Positions 28,577-44,226 of a stretch of 64,000 bases of DNA are shown here, in pieces. The DNA comes from an uncultured Gammaproteobacteria bacterium. GTDB lineage: Bacteria; Pseudomonadota; Gammaproteobacteria; Steroidobacterales; Steroidobacteraceae. The stretch spans positions 122,001 to 186,000 of the forward strand of contig CAVOVV010000005.1 in the NCBI GenBank assembly GCA_963699955.1, in the 5' to 3' direction. The notes beneath the pieces are model-generated. The model was not told the origin of the DNA. It ran no database searches and worked only from the letters and a program-made list of their open reading frames with translations. How positions within the stretch are numbered: the stretch's first letter is position 1; each line of letters opens with the position of its first letter. Both the position numbers and the translations under genes were made by a program.

Positions 28577-29614
28577 ATGGAACTGCCGCTCAGCGAGCTT
28601 GCGGTGCGCTTTGGCTGTGAATTGCGCGGCGATCCGGCGCTGCGCGTCAGTCGCGTGGCGACGCTGGCCGGCGCCGGCCCGGGCGATCTGAGCTTTCTGG
28701 CCAACCCGCAGTACCGCCCGCAGCTGGCGGCGACCCGCGCCACGGCCGTGGTGATCGATGCCGCCAGTGCCCAGCTCTCGCCGGTGGCTGCGCTGGTGCA
28801 CTCAAATCCGTACGCAACCTACGCGCGCATCGCGACCCTCTTGCACCCGGAGCCCGCCGTTGCGGCCGGTGTTCATGCCACGGCACTCATCGATGCCAGT
28901 GCGCAGATTGCGCCCAGTGCCAGCGTCGGAGCCCTGGTGATCATCGGTCCGCGTGCGGTGGTCGGGGAGCGTGCCGTGATCGGTGCAGGCTCTATGCTCG
29001 GCGCGGATGTGCGCATCGGCGCCGACTGTTTCCTGCAGCCGCGCGTGACGCTCGCGGCGGGCTGCGAACTGGGCGCCCGCACGCGGATACAGTCCGGGGT
29101 CGTGATCGGCTCCGATGGGTTTGGATTCGCGCGCGATGCGGCAGGCTGGACCAAAGTGCCGCAGCTCGGTCGGGTGCGGATCGGCGCCGACGTGGAAGTC
29201 GGCGCCAACACCACCATCGATCGCGGCGCCATTGACGATACGGTCATCGCGGACGGGGTCAAACTCGATAATCTGATTCAGATCGCCCATAACGTCCAGA
29301 TCGGGGCGCACACCGTCATCGCGGCCTGCTGTGGCATATCGGGCAGCACCAGCATCGGTGCCCGCTGCATGATCGCCGGTGCGGTGATGTTCGCTGGCCA
29401 CTTGAACATCTGCGATGATGTGGTGGTGACCGGCCATTCCAGCGTTACGCACTCGCTCACCACCCCAGGCCTGTACTCCGGCTGCATTCCGGTGACTACG
29501 GCGCCCATGTGGCGGCGCCTGGTCGGGCGCTTCAAGCGCCTCGATGTGCTGAACGAGCGCGTCCGGCGGCTGGAGCGCGGCGAGGACGGATTACCACCAC
29601 AGGACCAAGACTGA
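28577..29614 (+). CDS. lpxD: UDP-3-O-acylglucosamine N-acyltransferase
   Basis: 345 aa with the LpxD N-terminal domain, a long hexapeptide-repeat region and the conserved position. Confidence 0.9.
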   Translation: MELPLSELAVRFGCELRGDPALRVSRVATLAGAGPGDLSFLANPQYRPQLAATRATAVVIDAASAQLSPVAALVHSNPYATYARIATLLHPEPAVAAGVHATALIDASAQIAPSASVGALVIIGPRAVVGERAVIGAGSMLGADVRIGADCFLQPRVTLAAGCELGARTRIQSGVVIGSDGFGFARDAAGWTKVPQLGRVRIGADVEVGANTTIDRGAIDDTVIADGVKLDNLIQIAHNVQIGAHTVIAACCGISGSTSIGARCMIAGAVMFAGHLNICDDVVVTGHSSVTHSLTTPGLYSGCIPVTTAPMWRRLVGRFKRLDVLNERVRRLERGEDGLPPQDQD

Positions 29615-30105
29615 TGAACGCACCGCTGCAACTGGACATCCACGCGATCCTCAAGCGGCTGCCGCACCGTTACCCGTTTCTGCTGGTCGATCGGGTACTC
29701 GAGTGCGTGCCGGGCAAGAGCATCCGTGCGTTGAAGAATGTCACCATCAATGAGCCGTTTTTCCAGGGTCATTTTCCGCGACGGCCGGTGATGCCCGGAG
29801 TCATTATTATCGAAGCCCTGGCGCAAGCCGCGGGCATCCTCACCTTTGTCACCGCCGATGCCTTCCCGGACGACAAGACCGTGTTCTATTTTGTCGGCAT
29901 CGACAAGGCACGCTTCCGCCGGCCGGTCGAGCCGGGCGATCAACTTACCCTAAGCGCCACCTTGGAGCGCACCCTGCGCGGCATCTGGAAGATGGCCACC
30001 ATTGCCACCGTGGGCGGTGCCGAGGCGGCCACCGCCGAGCTGATGCTCGCCCCGGGCACTATCATTAACCCGGGCTGGGAGCCGGGGGCAGGGCGCACGT
30101 CGTGA
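29614..30105 (+). CDS. fabZ: 3-hydroxyacyl-ACP dehydratase FabZ
   Basis: [42 protein letters not shown] overlap with lpxD. Confidence 0.9.
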   Translation: MNAPLQLDIHAILKRLPHRYPFLLVDRVLECVPGKSIRALKNVTINEPFFQGHFPRRPVMPGVIIIEALAQAAGILTFVTADAFPDDKTVFYFVGIDKARFRRPVEPGDQLTLSATLERTLRGIWKMATIATVGGAEAATAELMLAPGTIINPGWEPGAGRTS

Positions 30106-30872
30106 TCGACGAGCGGGCTCTGGTCTCGCCCCAGGCAGAGCTGGCGAGCGATGTCAGCGTCGGTCCGTTCTCGGTCATCGGCCCGCAGGTGCGCATCGGC
30201 GCGCGTACCCGTATCGCCGCGCACGTCGTGATCAACGGGCCGACCACAATCGGTGCCGACAATGTGTTCTTCCAGTTTGCCTCGATCGGCGATGCGCCCC
30301 AGGACAAGAAGTATCAGGGCGAGCCGACGCGCCTGGAAATCGGCGACCGGAACGTGTTTCGCGAGTCGTGCACCGTCAATCGCGGCACCACGCACGATGA
30401 AGGCGTCACGCGCGTGGGCAACGACAACTTGCTCATGGCGTACACGCATGTCGCCCATGACTGCCAGGTGGGCGACCGTATCGTGATGGCCAACTACGCG
30501 GCGCTAAGCGGCCACGTGAGCCTCGGCGACTGGGTGATCATGGGCGGCTACGCGGGTGTGCACCAGTTCTGCAAGGTCGGTGCGCATGCTTTCATTGCCA
30601 ACAACGCCGCCGTGACGCGCGATGTGCCGCCGTACCTCATGGCCGTGGGGCAGCCGGCCACGCCGCATTCAGTCAACAGCGAGGGTCTCAAACGGCGCGA
30701 ATTCAGCGCCGTGCAGATCCGCAACATCCGCGAAGCCTTCCGCATCCTGTACCGGCGCGAACTGCCGCTCGAGACGGCGGTCAAGGAGCTTACGGCCCTG
30801 GCGGAGACCCAGGCGGAGATCCGTCCGTTTGTCGAATTCATTGCAGCCTCGAATCGCAGCCTGATTCGTTAG
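30102..30872 (+). CDS. lpxA: Acyl-ACP--UDP-N-acetylglucosamine O-acyltransferase
   Basis: 256 aa with hexapeptide repeats and the C-terminal helical domain. The GTG start overlaps the fabZ stop. Confidence 0.9.
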   Translation: MIDERALVSPQAELASDVSVGPFSVIGPQVRIGARTRIAAHVVINGPTTIGADNVFFQFASIGDAPQDKKYQGEPTRLEIGDRNVFRESCTVNRGTTHDEGVTRVGNDNLLMAYTHVAHDCQVGDRIVMANYAALSGHVSLGDWVIMGGYAGVHQFCKVGAHAFIANNAAVTRDVPPYLMAVGQPATPHSVNSEGLKRREFSAVQIRNIREAFRILYRRELPLETAVKELTALAETQAEIRPFVEFIAASNRSLIR

Positions 30873-30874
30873 TA

Positions 30875-32035
30875 GTGGTGACCGGCGCATACCGCGTGGC
30901 GATGGTGGCCGGCGAGACCTCCGGCGACCAGCTGGGCGCTGCGCTCATCGCGGCGCTGCGCGAGCGCTGCCCGGCCATCAGTGTGCGTGGTGTGTGCGGC
31001 CCGCTGATGCACGCGGCGGGCTGCGAGTCGCTCGCTTCCGCCAGTGAGCTGTCCGTCATGGGCCTGGCGGAAGTGCTGGCGCATCTGCCTCGCCTGCTGC
31101 AGCTGCGAGCGCGCTTGCGGCGCGAGTTCGGCGCCTGGCGGCCGGACGTGTTTATCGGCATCGACGCCCCGGAGTTTAATCTCGGGCTGGCCGCGCACTT
31201 GCACGCGACAGGCATCAAGACCGTTCAGTACGTGAGTCCGCAGGTGTGGGCGTGGCGCCAGCGGCGGGTCAGTCACATCGCCCGGTCCTGCGACCTGGTG
31301 CTGTGCCTGCTGCCCTTCGAGCCGCCGTTTTACGCACGCCATGCGGTGCGCGCCGAATTCGTGGGCCACCCGCTGGCCGATCAGATTCCGTTGGACATCG
31401 ACCGCGCTCTGGCCCGGCGCGCCCTGGGCTTGAGCGCCGAGGGGACCGTCGTGGCGCTGCTGCCGGGGAGCCGGAGCGCTGAGGTCGCGCGCTTGGGCCC
31501 GGATTTTTTTGCGGCCGCCGGAATCCTGGCCAAGCGCTGGCCGGCCGCGCAATTCATCGCTCCGGTGGCCGCGCCGCCGCTGCGAGCGCTCCTGGAGCGC
31601 GAACTTGGAGCGGCCGGGGCGCCCGCGGCCGGCATCCGCTTGCTCGAGGGACAGGCGCGCGTGGCGCTGCAGGCCGCGGATGTCGCCCTGGTGGCCTCCG
31701 GTACCGCCAGCCTCGAGGCCTTGTTGTGCGCTTGCCCCATGGTCGTCGCCTACCGCCTGAGTCCCGTGACTGCGTTCATGTTGCGTACACTGCGCATGGT
31801 GCGCCTGCCATACTTCTCGCTCCCCAATTTGCTCGCCGGTGAGCCGCTGGTGCCAGAATTCTTGCAGGAACAGGTGAGCGCGCCGCGCTTGGCGGCGGCG
31901 CTGCAGGCGCAGTTCGAGGATGCGGCGCGGCGCGCTGCGCTCGGCGCACGCTTTCGCGCCATCCACCAGAGCCTCCGGCAGGGCGGCGCCGCCAAGGCGG
32001 CCGCTGCGGTGCTGCAACTGCTGGGCGCAAGTTGA
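30875..32035 (+). CDS. lpxB: Lipid-A-disaccharide synthase
   Basis: [33 protein letters not shown] motifs. GTG start. Confidence 0.9.
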   Translation: MVTGAYRVAMVAGETSGDQLGAALIAALRERCPAISVRGVCGPLMHAAGCESLASASELSVMGLAEVLAHLPRLLQLRARLRREFGAWRPDVFIGIDAPEFNLGLAAHLHATGIKTVQYVSPQVWAWRQRRVSHIARSCDLVLCLLPFEPPFYARHAVRAEFVGHPLADQIPLDIDRALARRALGLSAEGTVVALLPGSRSAEVARLGPDFFAAAGILAKRWPAAQFIAPVAAPPLRALLERELGAAGAPAAGIRLLEGQARVALQAADVALVASGTASLEALLCACPMVVAYRLSPVTAFMLRTLRMVRLPYFSLPNLLAGEPLVPEFLQEQVSAPRLAAALQAQFEDAARRAALGARFRAIHQSLRQGGAAKAAAAVLQLLGAS

Positions 32036-32619
32036 TGGCGGCGCTGCTGCTTGCTGGGGTGGATGAAGCGGGGCGCGGCCCGCTGGCCGGTCCCGTGGTC
32101 GCGGCCGCCGTGGTTCTCAACCCGCTGCGGCCGATCGAGGGCCTGCGGGACTCGAAGAAGTTGGCGCCGGCGCGCCGCGAGGAGCTGGCCATCCTGATCC
32201 GCGCGCGCGCGCTCGATTTCGCTATCGGCGTGGCGGCGGTCGAGGAGATCGACGAAATCAATATCCTGCAGGCGACCTTGCTCGCCATGCGCCGGGCTCT
32301 GCAGCAGCTCAGGTTCCGCCCGACGGACATCATCATCGACGGCAACAAGGCGCCGCAGCTTGCTGATCTTTTTGGCAATTGCCGGATATCAACGCAGGTG
32401 GGGGGCGATGATCTGGTGCCGGCCATCAGCGCGGCGTCGATCGTGGCCAAGACCTGGCGCGACGCCCTGATGGTCAAGCTTGACCTGCAGTACCCCGGAT
32501 TTGGCCTCGCGCAGCACCGCGGCTACACGACGGCGGCGCACCTGGAGGCCCTGGCTCGGCTCGGCCCCACGGCCATCCATCGACGGAGCTTCGCTCCGGT
32601 AAGATCGCTGCTGGTCTAG
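32035..32619 (+). CDS. rnhB: Ribonuclease HII
   Basis: [21 protein letters not shown] and DSKKL motifs. The ATG overlaps the lpxB TGA (an in-frame TTG at 32032 is an alternative start). Confidence 0.9.
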   Translation: MAALLLAGVDEAGRGPLAGPVVAAAVVLNPLRPIEGLRDSKKLAPARREELAILIRARALDFAIGVAAVEEIDEINILQATLLAMRRALQQLRFRPTDIIIDGNKAPQLADLFGNCRISTQVGGDDLVPAISAASIVAKTWRDALMVKLDLQYPGFGLAQHRGYTTAAHLEALARLGPTAIHRRSFAPVRSLLV

Positions 32620-32646
32620 GGCCGTCACAGCCACGGGCAGCGTCGC

Positions 32647-35600
32647 ATGAGCGTTAATTTCGTACATCTGCGGCTGCACACCGAGTTCTCGCTCGTCGAC
32701 AGTGTCGTGCGGGTCGATGAGCTCGTGGACGCGGTCGCGGCGGCAGGCATGCCTGCCGTGGCCATTTCGGATCAGTACAACCTGTTCGCGATGGTGAAGT
32801 TCTACCGCGCGGCACTGGCCCGCGGCGTGCAGCCCATCGTCGGCGTGGACCTGCACGTCCGCGAAGGTTCCGATCCGCAGGGACCCTCCCGCCTGACGCT
32901 GCTGTGTCAGAACCTCGAGGGCTATCGCAACCTGACCCGGCTGGTGTCGCGTGCCTGGCTTGAAGGGCAGAGCAAGGGCGTGCCCCTGATTGAGCGCGAC
33001 TGGCTGACGCGCACAACTACCACCGGGCTTATCGCGCTTTCGGGTGCGCAATCGGGCGATGTCGGGCGAGCCCTGCTGCAGGGGCGCAGCGAGCAGGCCA
33101 AGCGGGCGCTGGATGCCTGGCTGGAGCTGTTCGGCGACCGCTACTACCTCGAGCTGCAGCGCGTCGGTGCGCCGGGGGAAGACCTGTACGTGCCGGCGGC
33201 CCTGGCGCTGGCCTGCGCGCACGGCGTGCCCCCGGTGGCCACGAACGAGGTGCGATTCCTGCAGCCGACCGATTTTGAAGCGCACGAGGCACGGGTGTGC
33301 ATTCATGAGGGCACGTTGCTCGCCGATCCGTCACGGCCGCGACGCTACACGCCGCAGCAGTTTCTGCGCACCGCGGAGCAGATGGCCGCGCAATTTCCCG
33401 AGGCGCCCGCGGCACTGGCCAACAGCGTACAGATCGCGCGCCGCTGCAGCCTGGTGCTGCGCCTCGGCGAGGCTCGGCTGCCCGTTTTTCCGGTGCCGCA
33501 GGGCTCGACTCCGGAGCAGTACCTGCAACTGGCCGCACAGCGGGGCCTCCAGGCTCGCCTGATGGCCGCGCCGCTCGAGGCGCAGGACGAGGAGCGTTAT
33601 CGGCTGCGACTCGAACAGGAGCTGGCCGTGATCTGCCCGATGGGCTTCGCGAGCTACTTTCTCATCGTCGCCGATTTTATCGACTGGGCGCGCGGCAACG
33701 GCGTGCCCGTGGGCCCGGGACGCGGCTCCGGAGCCGGATCGCTCGTCGCTTACGCGCTGGGCATCACCGCCATCGATCCACTGCGCTACGACTTGCTGTT
33801 TGAACGTTTCCTCAACCCCGAGCGCGTGTCGATGCCAGATTTCGACATCGACTTCTGCATGGTCGGGCGCGATCGCGTCATCGAATATGTCGCCGCCAAG
33901 TATGGCGCCGAGCGGGTCTCGCAGATCATCACCTACGGCACCTTGGCGGCCAAGGCGGTGGTGCGCGATGTGGGCCGGGTGCTCGGGCACCCGTACGGGA
34001 TGGTCGATCGCATTGCCAAGCTGGTGCCCTTCGAGCTTGAGATGACCCTCGAGAAGGCGCTGGAGCGCGAACCGGAACTCAAGCGCTTGTATAGCGAAGA
34101 CGAGGAAGTACGCACCCTGATTGACATGGCCCGTTCGCTGGAAGGCTTGACGCGCAACGCCGGCAAGCACGCCGGTGGCGTGGTTATCGCCCCCTCGGTG
34201 CTTACCGATTTCGCGCCGCTTTACTGCGAGGCGGGCGGCGCGAATGTCGTCACCCAGTTTGACAAGGACGACGTCGAAGCCGCAGGCCTGGTCAAGTTCG
34301 ATTTCCTCGGCTTGCGCACCCTGACGGTGCTCGACTGGGCGGTTCACAACATCAACGCCGAGCGGCTGCAGAACGGCGAGCCGCCGCTCGATCTGGCGCG
34401 CCTGCCCATGGACGATGCCGCCACGCTCGCGCTGCTCAGGAGCGGTCGCACCACGGCGGTGTTTCAGCTCGAGTCGCGCGGCATGAAGGACTTGATCCGG
34501 CGCCTCCAGCCCGATTGCTTCGAGGACATCATCGCGCTGGTGGCGCTGTTCCGCCCCGGACCACTGCAGTCGGGCATGGTCGAGGACTTCATGGCGCGCA
34601 AACATAACCGCAGTGACCGGCCGATTGATTATCTGCACCCGGACCTGCGCCAGGTTCTCACGCCCACCTACGGCGTGATCCTCTATCAGGAACAGGTGAT
34701 GCAGATCGCGCAGATTCTGGCCGGCTACACCCTGGGCGGAGCCGATCTGCTGCGGCGCGCGATGGGCAAGAAGAAAGCCGAAGAGATGGCCAGCCAGCGC
34801 AGCGTATTCACAACCGGCGCCATGGCACGCCAGGTGCCGCGCGCGCGCGCCGAGCACATCTTCGACCTGATGGAAAAATTTGCGGGCTACGGCTTCAACA
34901 AGTCGCACTCGGCGGCCTACGCGATGCTCTCCTACCAGACGGCCTACCTCAAGGCGCACTATCCGGCCGCGTTCATGGCGGCGGTGCTGTCGGCCGACAT
35001 GGACCGCACCGACAAGGTCGTGACCCTGATCGACGATTGCGCGCTGATCGGACTGAAAGTATTGCCCCCCGACGTCAACGCCTCCGTGCATGTCTTCGCG
35101 GTTGCCGACGCAGCGACCATTCGCTACGGGCTGGGAGCGATCAAGGGCGTGGGCCGCTCGGCCGTGGACGCGCTGGTCGAGGAGCGCGAGGCCCGGGGCG
35201 CCTACGTCAGCCTGGAAGACCTGTGTCATCGAGTGGATCTGGCGCGCGTCAATCGTCGCGTGCTCGAGGCGCTGATCCGCTCCGGCAGTTGCGACTCGCT
35301 GGGCGCAAATCGCGCCGGCATGATGGAACGGCTGGCCGTCGCCATGCAGGCCGGAGAGCAGACCGCGCGCACCGCCGAGGCCGGGCAGGATGATTTCTTC
35401 GGGCTCCCGCAGGCGGCGGCCCGCGCAGTCTCTCCCGCCGCGCACGCCGAGCCCGTCTGGAGCGAGGCGCAGCGACTGGCGGGCGAGCGCGAGACTCTGG
35501 GCCTGTACCTGACCGGGCATCCGATCGCCCGCTATGAGCGCGACCTGGCGCAGCTGGTCGGGGTGCGGATCCGTGATCTGGCCGGCGAGGCGCGACCGGT

Positions 35601-36153
35601 GGGGGGCGAGGGCGAACGCTGGAGCGAGGCGCGCAAGGTAAGTGCCGCCGGCTTGATCATGGAAATTCGCCGCCGCGGTCCGCGGCTGAGCTTCGTGCTC
35701 GACGACCGCAGCGGACGGATCGAGGTGACCCTGAGCGAGGAGACTTACCACCGCTTTCGCGACCTGGTGGTCAAGGATGCGCTGGTGCTGGTCGAGGGCA
35801 GCCTGCGCTTTGACGAATTCAGCGACGCCTGGCGGGTGCAGGCGCGCACCCTGCAGTCGCTGGCGGCCGTGCGCGAGCGTCAGGCGCGGCGCCTGCTGAT
35901 CGACTGGCCGCAACCATCTGAGCACGGCGAATTGCTGGGTGTGCTGGCCGAGCTGCTGTCCAAGTCGCTGGGCGGGGAGTGCGCCGTGGTGGTGCGGTAC
36001 ACCGGTGCCGACGCCCAGGGCATGCTGACCCTCGGGGATGAGTGGAAGGTGCACGCGACCGCCAGGCTCATTGAGGAGCTCGAGCGCCGTTTCGGCGTGG
36101 TGCGCGTGGCCTATGGGGTGACCGAAGGCGCCAGCTCGGCCGCCTCGGCCTGA
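32647..36153 (+). CDS. dnaE: DNA polymerase III subunit alpha
   Basis: 1168 aa with an N-terminal PHP domain (FVHLRLHTEFSLVDS), polymerase core (GPGRGSGAGSLVAYALGIT, PDFDIDF) and an OB fold. Confidence 0.95.
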   Translation: MSVNFVHLRLHTEFSLVDSVVRVDELVDAVAAAGMPAVAISDQYNLFAMVKFYRAALARGVQPIVGVDLHVREGSDPQGPSRLTLLCQNLEGYRNLTRLVSRAWLEGQSKGVPLIERDWLTRTTTTGLIALSGAQSGDVGRALLQGRSEQAKRALDAWLELFGDRYYLELQRVGAPGEDLYVPAALALACAHGVPPVATNEVRFLQPTDFEAHEARVCIHEGTLLADPSRPRRYTPQQFLRTAEQMAAQFPEAPAALANSVQIARRCSLVLRLGEARLPVFPVPQGSTPEQYLQLAAQRGLQARLMAAPLEAQDEERYRLRLEQELAVICPMGFASYFLIVADFIDWARGNGVPVGPGRGSGAGSLVAYALGITAIDPLRYDLLFERFLNPERVSMPDFDIDFCMVGRDRVIEYVAAKYGAERVSQIITYGTLAAKAVVRDVGRVLGHPYGMVDRIAKLVPFELEMTLEKALEREPELKRLYSEDEEVRTLIDMARSLEGLTRNAGKHAGGVVIAPSVLTDFAPLYCEAGGANVVTQFDKDDVEAAGLVKFDFLGLRTLTVLDWAVHNINAERLQNGEPPLDLARLPMDDAATLALLRSGRTTAVFQLESRGMKDLIRRLQPDCFEDIIALVALFRPGPLQSGMVEDFMARKHNRSDRPIDYLHPDLRQVLTPTYGVILYQEQVMQIAQILAGYTLGGADLLRRAMGKKKAEEMASQRSVFTTGAMARQVPRARAEHIFDLMEKFAGYGFNKSHSAAYAMLSYQTAYLKAHYPAAFMAAVLSADMDRTDKVVTLIDDCALIGLKVLPPDVNASVHVFAVADAATIRYGLGAIKGVGRSAVDALVEEREARGAYVSLEDLCHRVDLARVNRRVLEALIRSGSCDSLGANRAGMMERLAVAMQAGEQTARTAEAGQDDFFGLPQAAARAVSPAAHAEPVWSEAQRLAGERETLGLYLTGHPIARYERDLAQLVGVRIRDLAGEARPVGGEGERWSEARKVSAAGLIMEIRRRGPRLSFVLDDRSGRIEVTLSEETYHRFRDLVVKDALVLVEGSLRFDEFSDAWRVQARTLQSLAAVRERQARRLLIDWPQPSEHGELLGVLAELLSKSLGGECAVVVRYTGADAQGMLTLGDEWKVHATARLIEELERRFGVVRVAYGVTEGASSAASA

Positions 36154-36367
36154 AGCGCCTGGCAGGTTGCGGCGCGGGGCGATGAAACGTAGGCTTGCGG
36201 GCGATGCCTAAGGACGCGGCCACGAGTACAGCTGAGGATGCGGCACGGAGCGATCCGCTGGCCGCCTGCTGCCGTGGTCCGGAGGCGGATCTGTGCCGAA
36301 CCCGGACTCAGCGCTCGGGCGCACCCTCCGCACCGGCTGCGGCGCGCCGCACGCGCTGATCTGAACC

Positions 36368-37333
36368 ATGGCCGTCAATTTCCTCGACTTCGAGCAGCCA
36401 ATCGCCGAGCTTGAGGCCAAGCTCGAGGAGCTCGGCCACCTCAGCACCGACGAATCGGTCAATGTCGAGGAAGAAATCGGCAAGCTGCGCGCCAAGAGCC
36501 AGCAGCTGACCCGCTCGATCTTTGCGAACCTGACTCCGTGGCAGATTACGCAGCTGGCGCGACACCCGCAGCGCCCCTACGCGCTCGATTACATCGCCGC
36601 CATCTGCACGGATTTCCAGGAGCTGCACGGCGATCGCATGTACGCCGACGATCTGGCCATCATTGGCGGCCCGGCCCGGCTGGACGGGCGCACCATCATG
36701 CTCATCGGTCACCAGAAGGGCCGCGATACCAAGGAGCGCGTGCGGCGCAATTACGGTATGCCCAAGCCCGAGGGTTACCGCAAGTCGCTGCGCTTGATGA
36801 AGATGGCCGAGAAATTTGCGCTGCCGATCGTCACGCTGATCGACACTCCGGGTGCCTACCCCGGCGTGGGCTCGGAGGAGCGCAACCAGAGCGAGGCCAT
36901 CGCCCGCAACCTGTTCGAAATGGCGACGCTCCGCGTCCCGATTGTCAGTGTGGTGATCGGTGAGGGCGGCTCGGGCGGGGCGCTGGCGATCGGCGTGTGC
37001 GACCGGCTGCTGATGCTCGAGTACTCGACCTATTCGGTCATTTCTCCCGAGGGCTGCGCGTCGATCCTGTGGAAGAGCGCTGATAAAAAAGAAGTGGCCG
37101 CCGAGGCCCTGAATATCACCGCCGCGCGGCTGAAGGATCTGGGGCTGGTCGATGAGGTGCTCAAAGAGCCTCTCGGCGGCGCGCACCGCGATCCGCCCGC
37201 GATGGCCAAGACGCTGACGACCGCGCTGCAACGGGTGCTGCTCGAACTCGAGGCCATCCCGACCGATGAGCTGCTCGCGCGCCGCGACGCGCGGCTGGCC
37301 GCCTTTGGAGTGTATTCCGAGAGCCCGCCGTGA
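36368..37333 (+). CDS. accA: Acetyl-CoA carboxylase carboxyltransferase subunit alpha
   Basis: [22 protein letters not shown]..., IDTPGAYPG and [10 protein letters not shown] motifs. Confidence 0.95.
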   Translation: MAVNFLDFEQPIAELEAKLEELGHLSTDESVNVEEEIGKLRAKSQQLTRSIFANLTPWQITQLARHPQRPYALDYIAAICTDFQELHGDRMYADDLAIIGGPARLDGRTIMLIGHQKGRDTKERVRRNYGMPKPEGYRKSLRLMKMAEKFALPIVTLIDTPGAYPGVGSEERNQSEAIARNLFEMATLRVPIVSVVIGEGGSGGALAIGVCDRLLMLEYSTYSVISPEGCASILWKSADKKEVAAEALNITAARLKDLGLVDEVLKEPLGGAHRDPPAMAKTLTTALQRVLLELEAIPTDELLARRDARLAAFGVYSESPP

Positions 37334-38730
37334 ATCGTCGAGTCGCGCCGGTGGCCCGCGCGTCGGCGGCGGGCACGCGCTTTTCTTCGATGGCACTGGC
37401 GCGAACCTTGCGCCAGCTCGCCGGGCCGCTCTCCGGCACCCGGCTGTGCATCGCATTCTCAGGGGGGCTGGATTCCACCGCGCTGCTCGCTGCGTGCGCG
37501 GCGCTGCGCGTACGCTGCCGCTGCCGGGTGCGCGCCATCCACGTCAACCATCATCTGCAGCCCAGTGCGACTGCCATGGCCGCGGCCGCGCGCGCCGGCG
37601 CACGGCGGCTCGGCGTCAGCTGCAAGGTCGTGAACGCGCCGGTCGGCATTGCGCGCGGCGATTCGGTCGAAGCGGTGGCGCGGATCAAGCGCTATGCGGC
37701 CTTGCGCGGTGAATTGCGCCCGGGCGAGTGGCTGCTGTTGGCGCAGCACCAGGACGATCAGGTCGAGGCACTGTTGCTGCAGCTCCTGCGCGGTGCCGGC
37801 GTGGCGGGGCTGGCGGCGATGCCGGCGCGGAGCGGATTCGTGTTGCGCCCGCTGCTGGGCGTGACCCGCGAGCAGTTGCAAGATTACTTGCAGCGGCGCT
37901 CGGTGCGCTGGACGGACGATCCGAGCAATGCGGACGAGCGCTTTGGCCGCAACTATCTGCGCCGGCGGGTCCTGCCGTTGCTGCGCGAACGCTGGCCCGG
38001 GCTCGGGGTGGCGATCAGCCGCAGTGCTGCGCTGGCCGCCGAGGCGCAGCAGCTGCTCGGCGAACGTGCGGCCGCTCAATTGCTTGACGCGCACGACGGC
38101 GTGGCGCTGAGCGTCAGTGCGCTGCGTCGCTTGCCCGATCCCGAGCGGCGCAACGCGTTGCGGTTCTGGCTGGAGCGGCGTGGCCTGAGCATGCCCGACC
38201 AGCGTCGATTGCGGGAGATTGCCGGACCCATGCTGGCCGCCCGGCACGACGCCCAGCCGCTGGTCGAGTGGTCGGGAGGTGCGGTGCGCCGACACGGCGG
38301 GCTGCTGTACGCCCTAGTGCGCACCGACTCGCCCGAGTGCGCCCCGGGCGCGGCCCGCTTCAAACCCTTAAGCTGGGACTGGCGCCGCGAACCCCGCCTG
38401 GCGCTGCCCGACGGGGCCTGCCTGGAGTTGCAGGATGATCCGCGGGGCGATTGGCTCCGCTCCTCGCTGCCCGCCCGGCTCACGGTCGCCTTCCGGCGCG
38501 CCGATGGCACGGTGGCCGGTTTCCCGGGAGGCCGGAAGCTCAAGCGCGTGCTGCAGGAGAGTTCATGGCCACCGTGGCGCCGCTCCGCGGTGCCTCTGGT
38601 CTATGCGGGCCGCCGTCTGCTCGCGGTGGGGGACTGGTGGCGCGCCCCCGGGCGGGCCGCCGGCCCCTCCACGCGTCGTGGAAGGCGCTGCCGCCTGCAA
38701 TTGCACCGCGGCAATGCCGCATTGATTTGA
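37330..38730 (+). CDS. tilS: tRNA(Ile)-lysidine synthase
   Basis: PP-loop motif [18 protein letters not shown], and the typical position after accA. The GTG start overlaps the accA stop. Confidence 0.85.
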   Translation: MNRRVAPVARASAAGTRFSSMALARTLRQLAGPLSGTRLCIAFSGGLDSTALLAACAALRVRCRCRVRAIHVNHHLQPSATAMAAAARAGARRLGVSCKVVNAPVGIARGDSVEAVARIKRYAALRGELRPGEWLLLAQHQDDQVEALLLQLLRGAGVAGLAAMPARSGFVLRPLLGVTREQLQDYLQRRSVRWTDDPSNADERFGRNYLRRRVLPLLRERWPGLGVAISRSAALAAEAQQLLGERAAAQLLDAHDGVALSVSALRRLPDPERRNALRFWLERRGLSMPDQRRLREIAGPMLAARHDAQPLVEWSGGAVRRHGGLLYALVRTDSPECAPGAARFKPLSWDWRREPRLALPDGACLELQDDPRGDWLRSSLPARLTVAFRRADGTVAGFPGGRKLKRVLQESSWPPWRRSAVPLVYAGRRLLAVGDWWRAPGRAAGPSTRRGRRCRLQLHRGNAALI

Positions 38731-38822
38731 GGCGGCGGTGCATATTTGTTAGGCTGTGTTCCCGTCGTCAGTTCCCGGCTCCGCAACGGAGCCGCTGACA
38801 GCACATACGGCGGAATCCCTAG

Positions 38823-42580
<3,758 letters not shown>

Positions 42581-42601
42581 TCGGCACATGAGAGGCCTGC
42601 C

Positions 42602-42985
42602 GTGAAATGGTTTGCCGCCGCGCTGGCTGCCGCGCTGCTCATGCTCCAGTACCGGATCTGGTTCTCGACCGACGGTGTGGGTGAAGTGATGCGCTTGCGC
42701 GCCGCGGTGGCCGACCAGCAAGGCGACAACGAGCGATTGTCGGCCCGCAATCGCCAGCTGGCCGCCGAAGTCCGCGACTTGAAGCAGGGCTACAGCGCCC
42801 TCGAGGAACGTGCGCGCTCGGATCTTGGCATGGTCGCGAGCAATGAAACCTTCTTCCAGGTCGGCCCGGCGGACGCGCCGGTCATCGCGCCACCGGCTCC
42901 GCATGCGCCCGCGCTGCCGCACTCACCACTCCGGCCGGCCGTGGCGTCCAGCGTGCCTCCGGCACATACCGCGGCCGTGCGCTGA
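42602..42985 (+). CDS. ftsB: Cell division protein FtsB
   Basis: N-terminal TM segment, then a leucine-zipper-like LRAAVADQQGDNERLSARNRQLAAEVRDLKQG. Conserved position between eno and ispD. GTG start with an AGAGG RBS. Confidence 0.8.
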   Translation: MKWFAAALAAALLMLQYRIWFSTDGVGEVMRLRAAVADQQGDNERLSARNRQLAAEVRDLKQGYSALEERARSDLGMVASNETFFQVGPADAPVIAPPAPHAPALPHSPLRPAVASSVPPAHTAAVR

Positions 42986-43018
42986 GCACGCGCCGCGAGT
43001 CCCCCAAGAGCGTGTGGA

Positions 43019-43753
43019 GTGGCTGCCGGGACGAGCTACTGGGTGGTCATGCCGGCGGCGGGTGCCAGTCGTCGTTTTGGCGCGGGCCCCGCAAAGCAGC
43101 ACGTAGTGCTGGCCGGTCGCACGGTGCTGGAGCTGGCGCTGCAGCCATTTTCCGAGGATGCGCGCTGCCGGGGCATCGCGGTGGCGTTGTCGCCCGCGGC
43201 GCTGGCGGATGCCGCCGTGCGGGTCCGGTTCGCCGCGAAGGTGGCGCCGGTCATGGGCGGCGCGCGGCGCTGTGATTCGGTGCTGGCCGGGCTGGACGCG
43301 CTGGCCGAGCGGGCGGGCGCAGAGGACTGGGTGCTGGTGCACGATGCCGCGCGTCCCTGCCTCAGCGCCGCGGACCGGGACCGGCTGCTGCAGGCCGGAG
43401 CCGCGCACCCGCTCGGCGCGCTGCTCGCCGTCCCCGTGACCGACACCCTCAAACGGGCCGATGACTCTCAGCGGAGCGAGGGCACCGTGGATCGCGGGGG
43501 GCTGTGGCGAGCACTCACGCCGCAGATGTTTCGATACGGACCGCTCTGCGCCGCCCTGCGCAGTGCGGTGGCTGCGGGGCGCGAGCCCACCGACGAGGCT
43601 CAGGCCATTGAATGGCAGGGTGGGCGCCCCTTGCTGGTCGCCGCCCAGGACAGCAACATCAAGATCACCAGCCGCCAGGATCTGGCGGTTGCGATGGCGA
43701 TCCTGGCCTCGCGCCCTGGCCCGAGCGGAGCGGCCACGGAGTCGACCGGATGA
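43019..43753 (+). CDS. ispD: 2-C-methyl-D-erythritol 4-phosphate cytidylyltransferase
   Basis: VVMPAAGASRRFG, VLVHDAARP and the family layout. GTG start. Confidence 0.85.
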   Translation: MAAGTSYWVVMPAAGASRRFGAGPAKQHVVLAGRTVLELALQPFSEDARCRGIAVALSPAALADAAVRVRFAAKVAPVMGGARRCDSVLAGLDALAERAGAEDWVLVHDAARPCLSAADRDRLLQAGAAHPLGALLAVPVTDTLKRADDSQRSEGTVDRGGLWRALTPQMFRYGPLCAALRSAVAAGREPTDEAQAIEWQGGRPLLVAAQDSNIKITSRQDLAVAMAILASRPGPSGAATESTG

Positions 43754-44223
43754 GAGTCGGATTCGGGATCGACGTGCACGCCTTCGGCCCGGGCGACGCC
43801 CTGATGCTGGGTGGGGTGCGTATTCCGCACAACCGGGGCGTGATCGCGCATTCCGACGGCGACGTCTTGCTGCACGCGCTGGTCGATGCCCTGCTGGGGG
43901 CGGCGGGCTTAGGGGACATCGGCGAGCATTTCCCCGACAGCGACCCGCGGTGGCGGGGCGCGGCGAGCCAGCAATTCGTCGTTGCGACGCTGGCACTGCT
44001 GTCGCGTCGCTCCTTCAGGGTGGTCAATGTCGATCTGACGCTGCTCGCCGAGCAGCCACGGCTGGCGCCGTGGCGCGAGCAGATTCGTCACTCGATTGCC
44101 TCGCTCCTGGGCGTGCCGATCGCCGACGTCAACCTCAAGGCCACGACCGCCGAGCACCTGGGGTTCGTAGGCCGCAACGAGGGGCTGGTGGCGATGGCGA
44201 GCGTGCTGATCGATCAGCTCTAG
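43750..44223 (+). CDS. ispF: 2-C-methyl-D-erythritol 2,4-cyclodiphosphate synthase
   Basis: MRVGFGIDVHAF...HSDGDVLLHAL..LGDIGEHFPD. ATGA overlap with ispD. Confidence 0.9.
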   Translation: MRVGFGIDVHAFGPGDALMLGGVRIPHNRGVIAHSDGDVLLHALVDALLGAAGLGDIGEHFPDSDPRWRGAASQQFVVATLALLSRRSFRVVNVDLTLLAEQPRLAPWREQIRHSIASLLGVPIADVNLKATTAEHLGFVGRNEGLVAMASVLIDQL

Positions 44224-44226
44224 GGC

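Noticed and set aside
33331-36054. 907-aa minus-strand ORF, plus similar long antisense ORFs at 6016-7311, 9887-11290, 14138-15223, 17743-18921, 19752-20744, 22595-24019, 36308-37456, 40603-41793, 48731-49768, 51124-52599 and 53480-54517
   Set aside because: All lie antisense to genes with strong family signatures (dnaE, phoR, porin, glnD, rpsB, pyrH, dxr, accA, kdsA/eno, recJ, lysS, GT9). They are Arg/Gly/Ala/Pro-rich with no recognisable domains. They are stop-codon-poor frames of high-GC sequence.
38760-38800. Hairpin GGCTCCG-CAA-CGGAGCC upstream of pyrG as a terminator or attenuator
   Set aside because: It is a short stem with no following T-tract, and I recognise no conserved leader motif. 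The evidence is insufficient.
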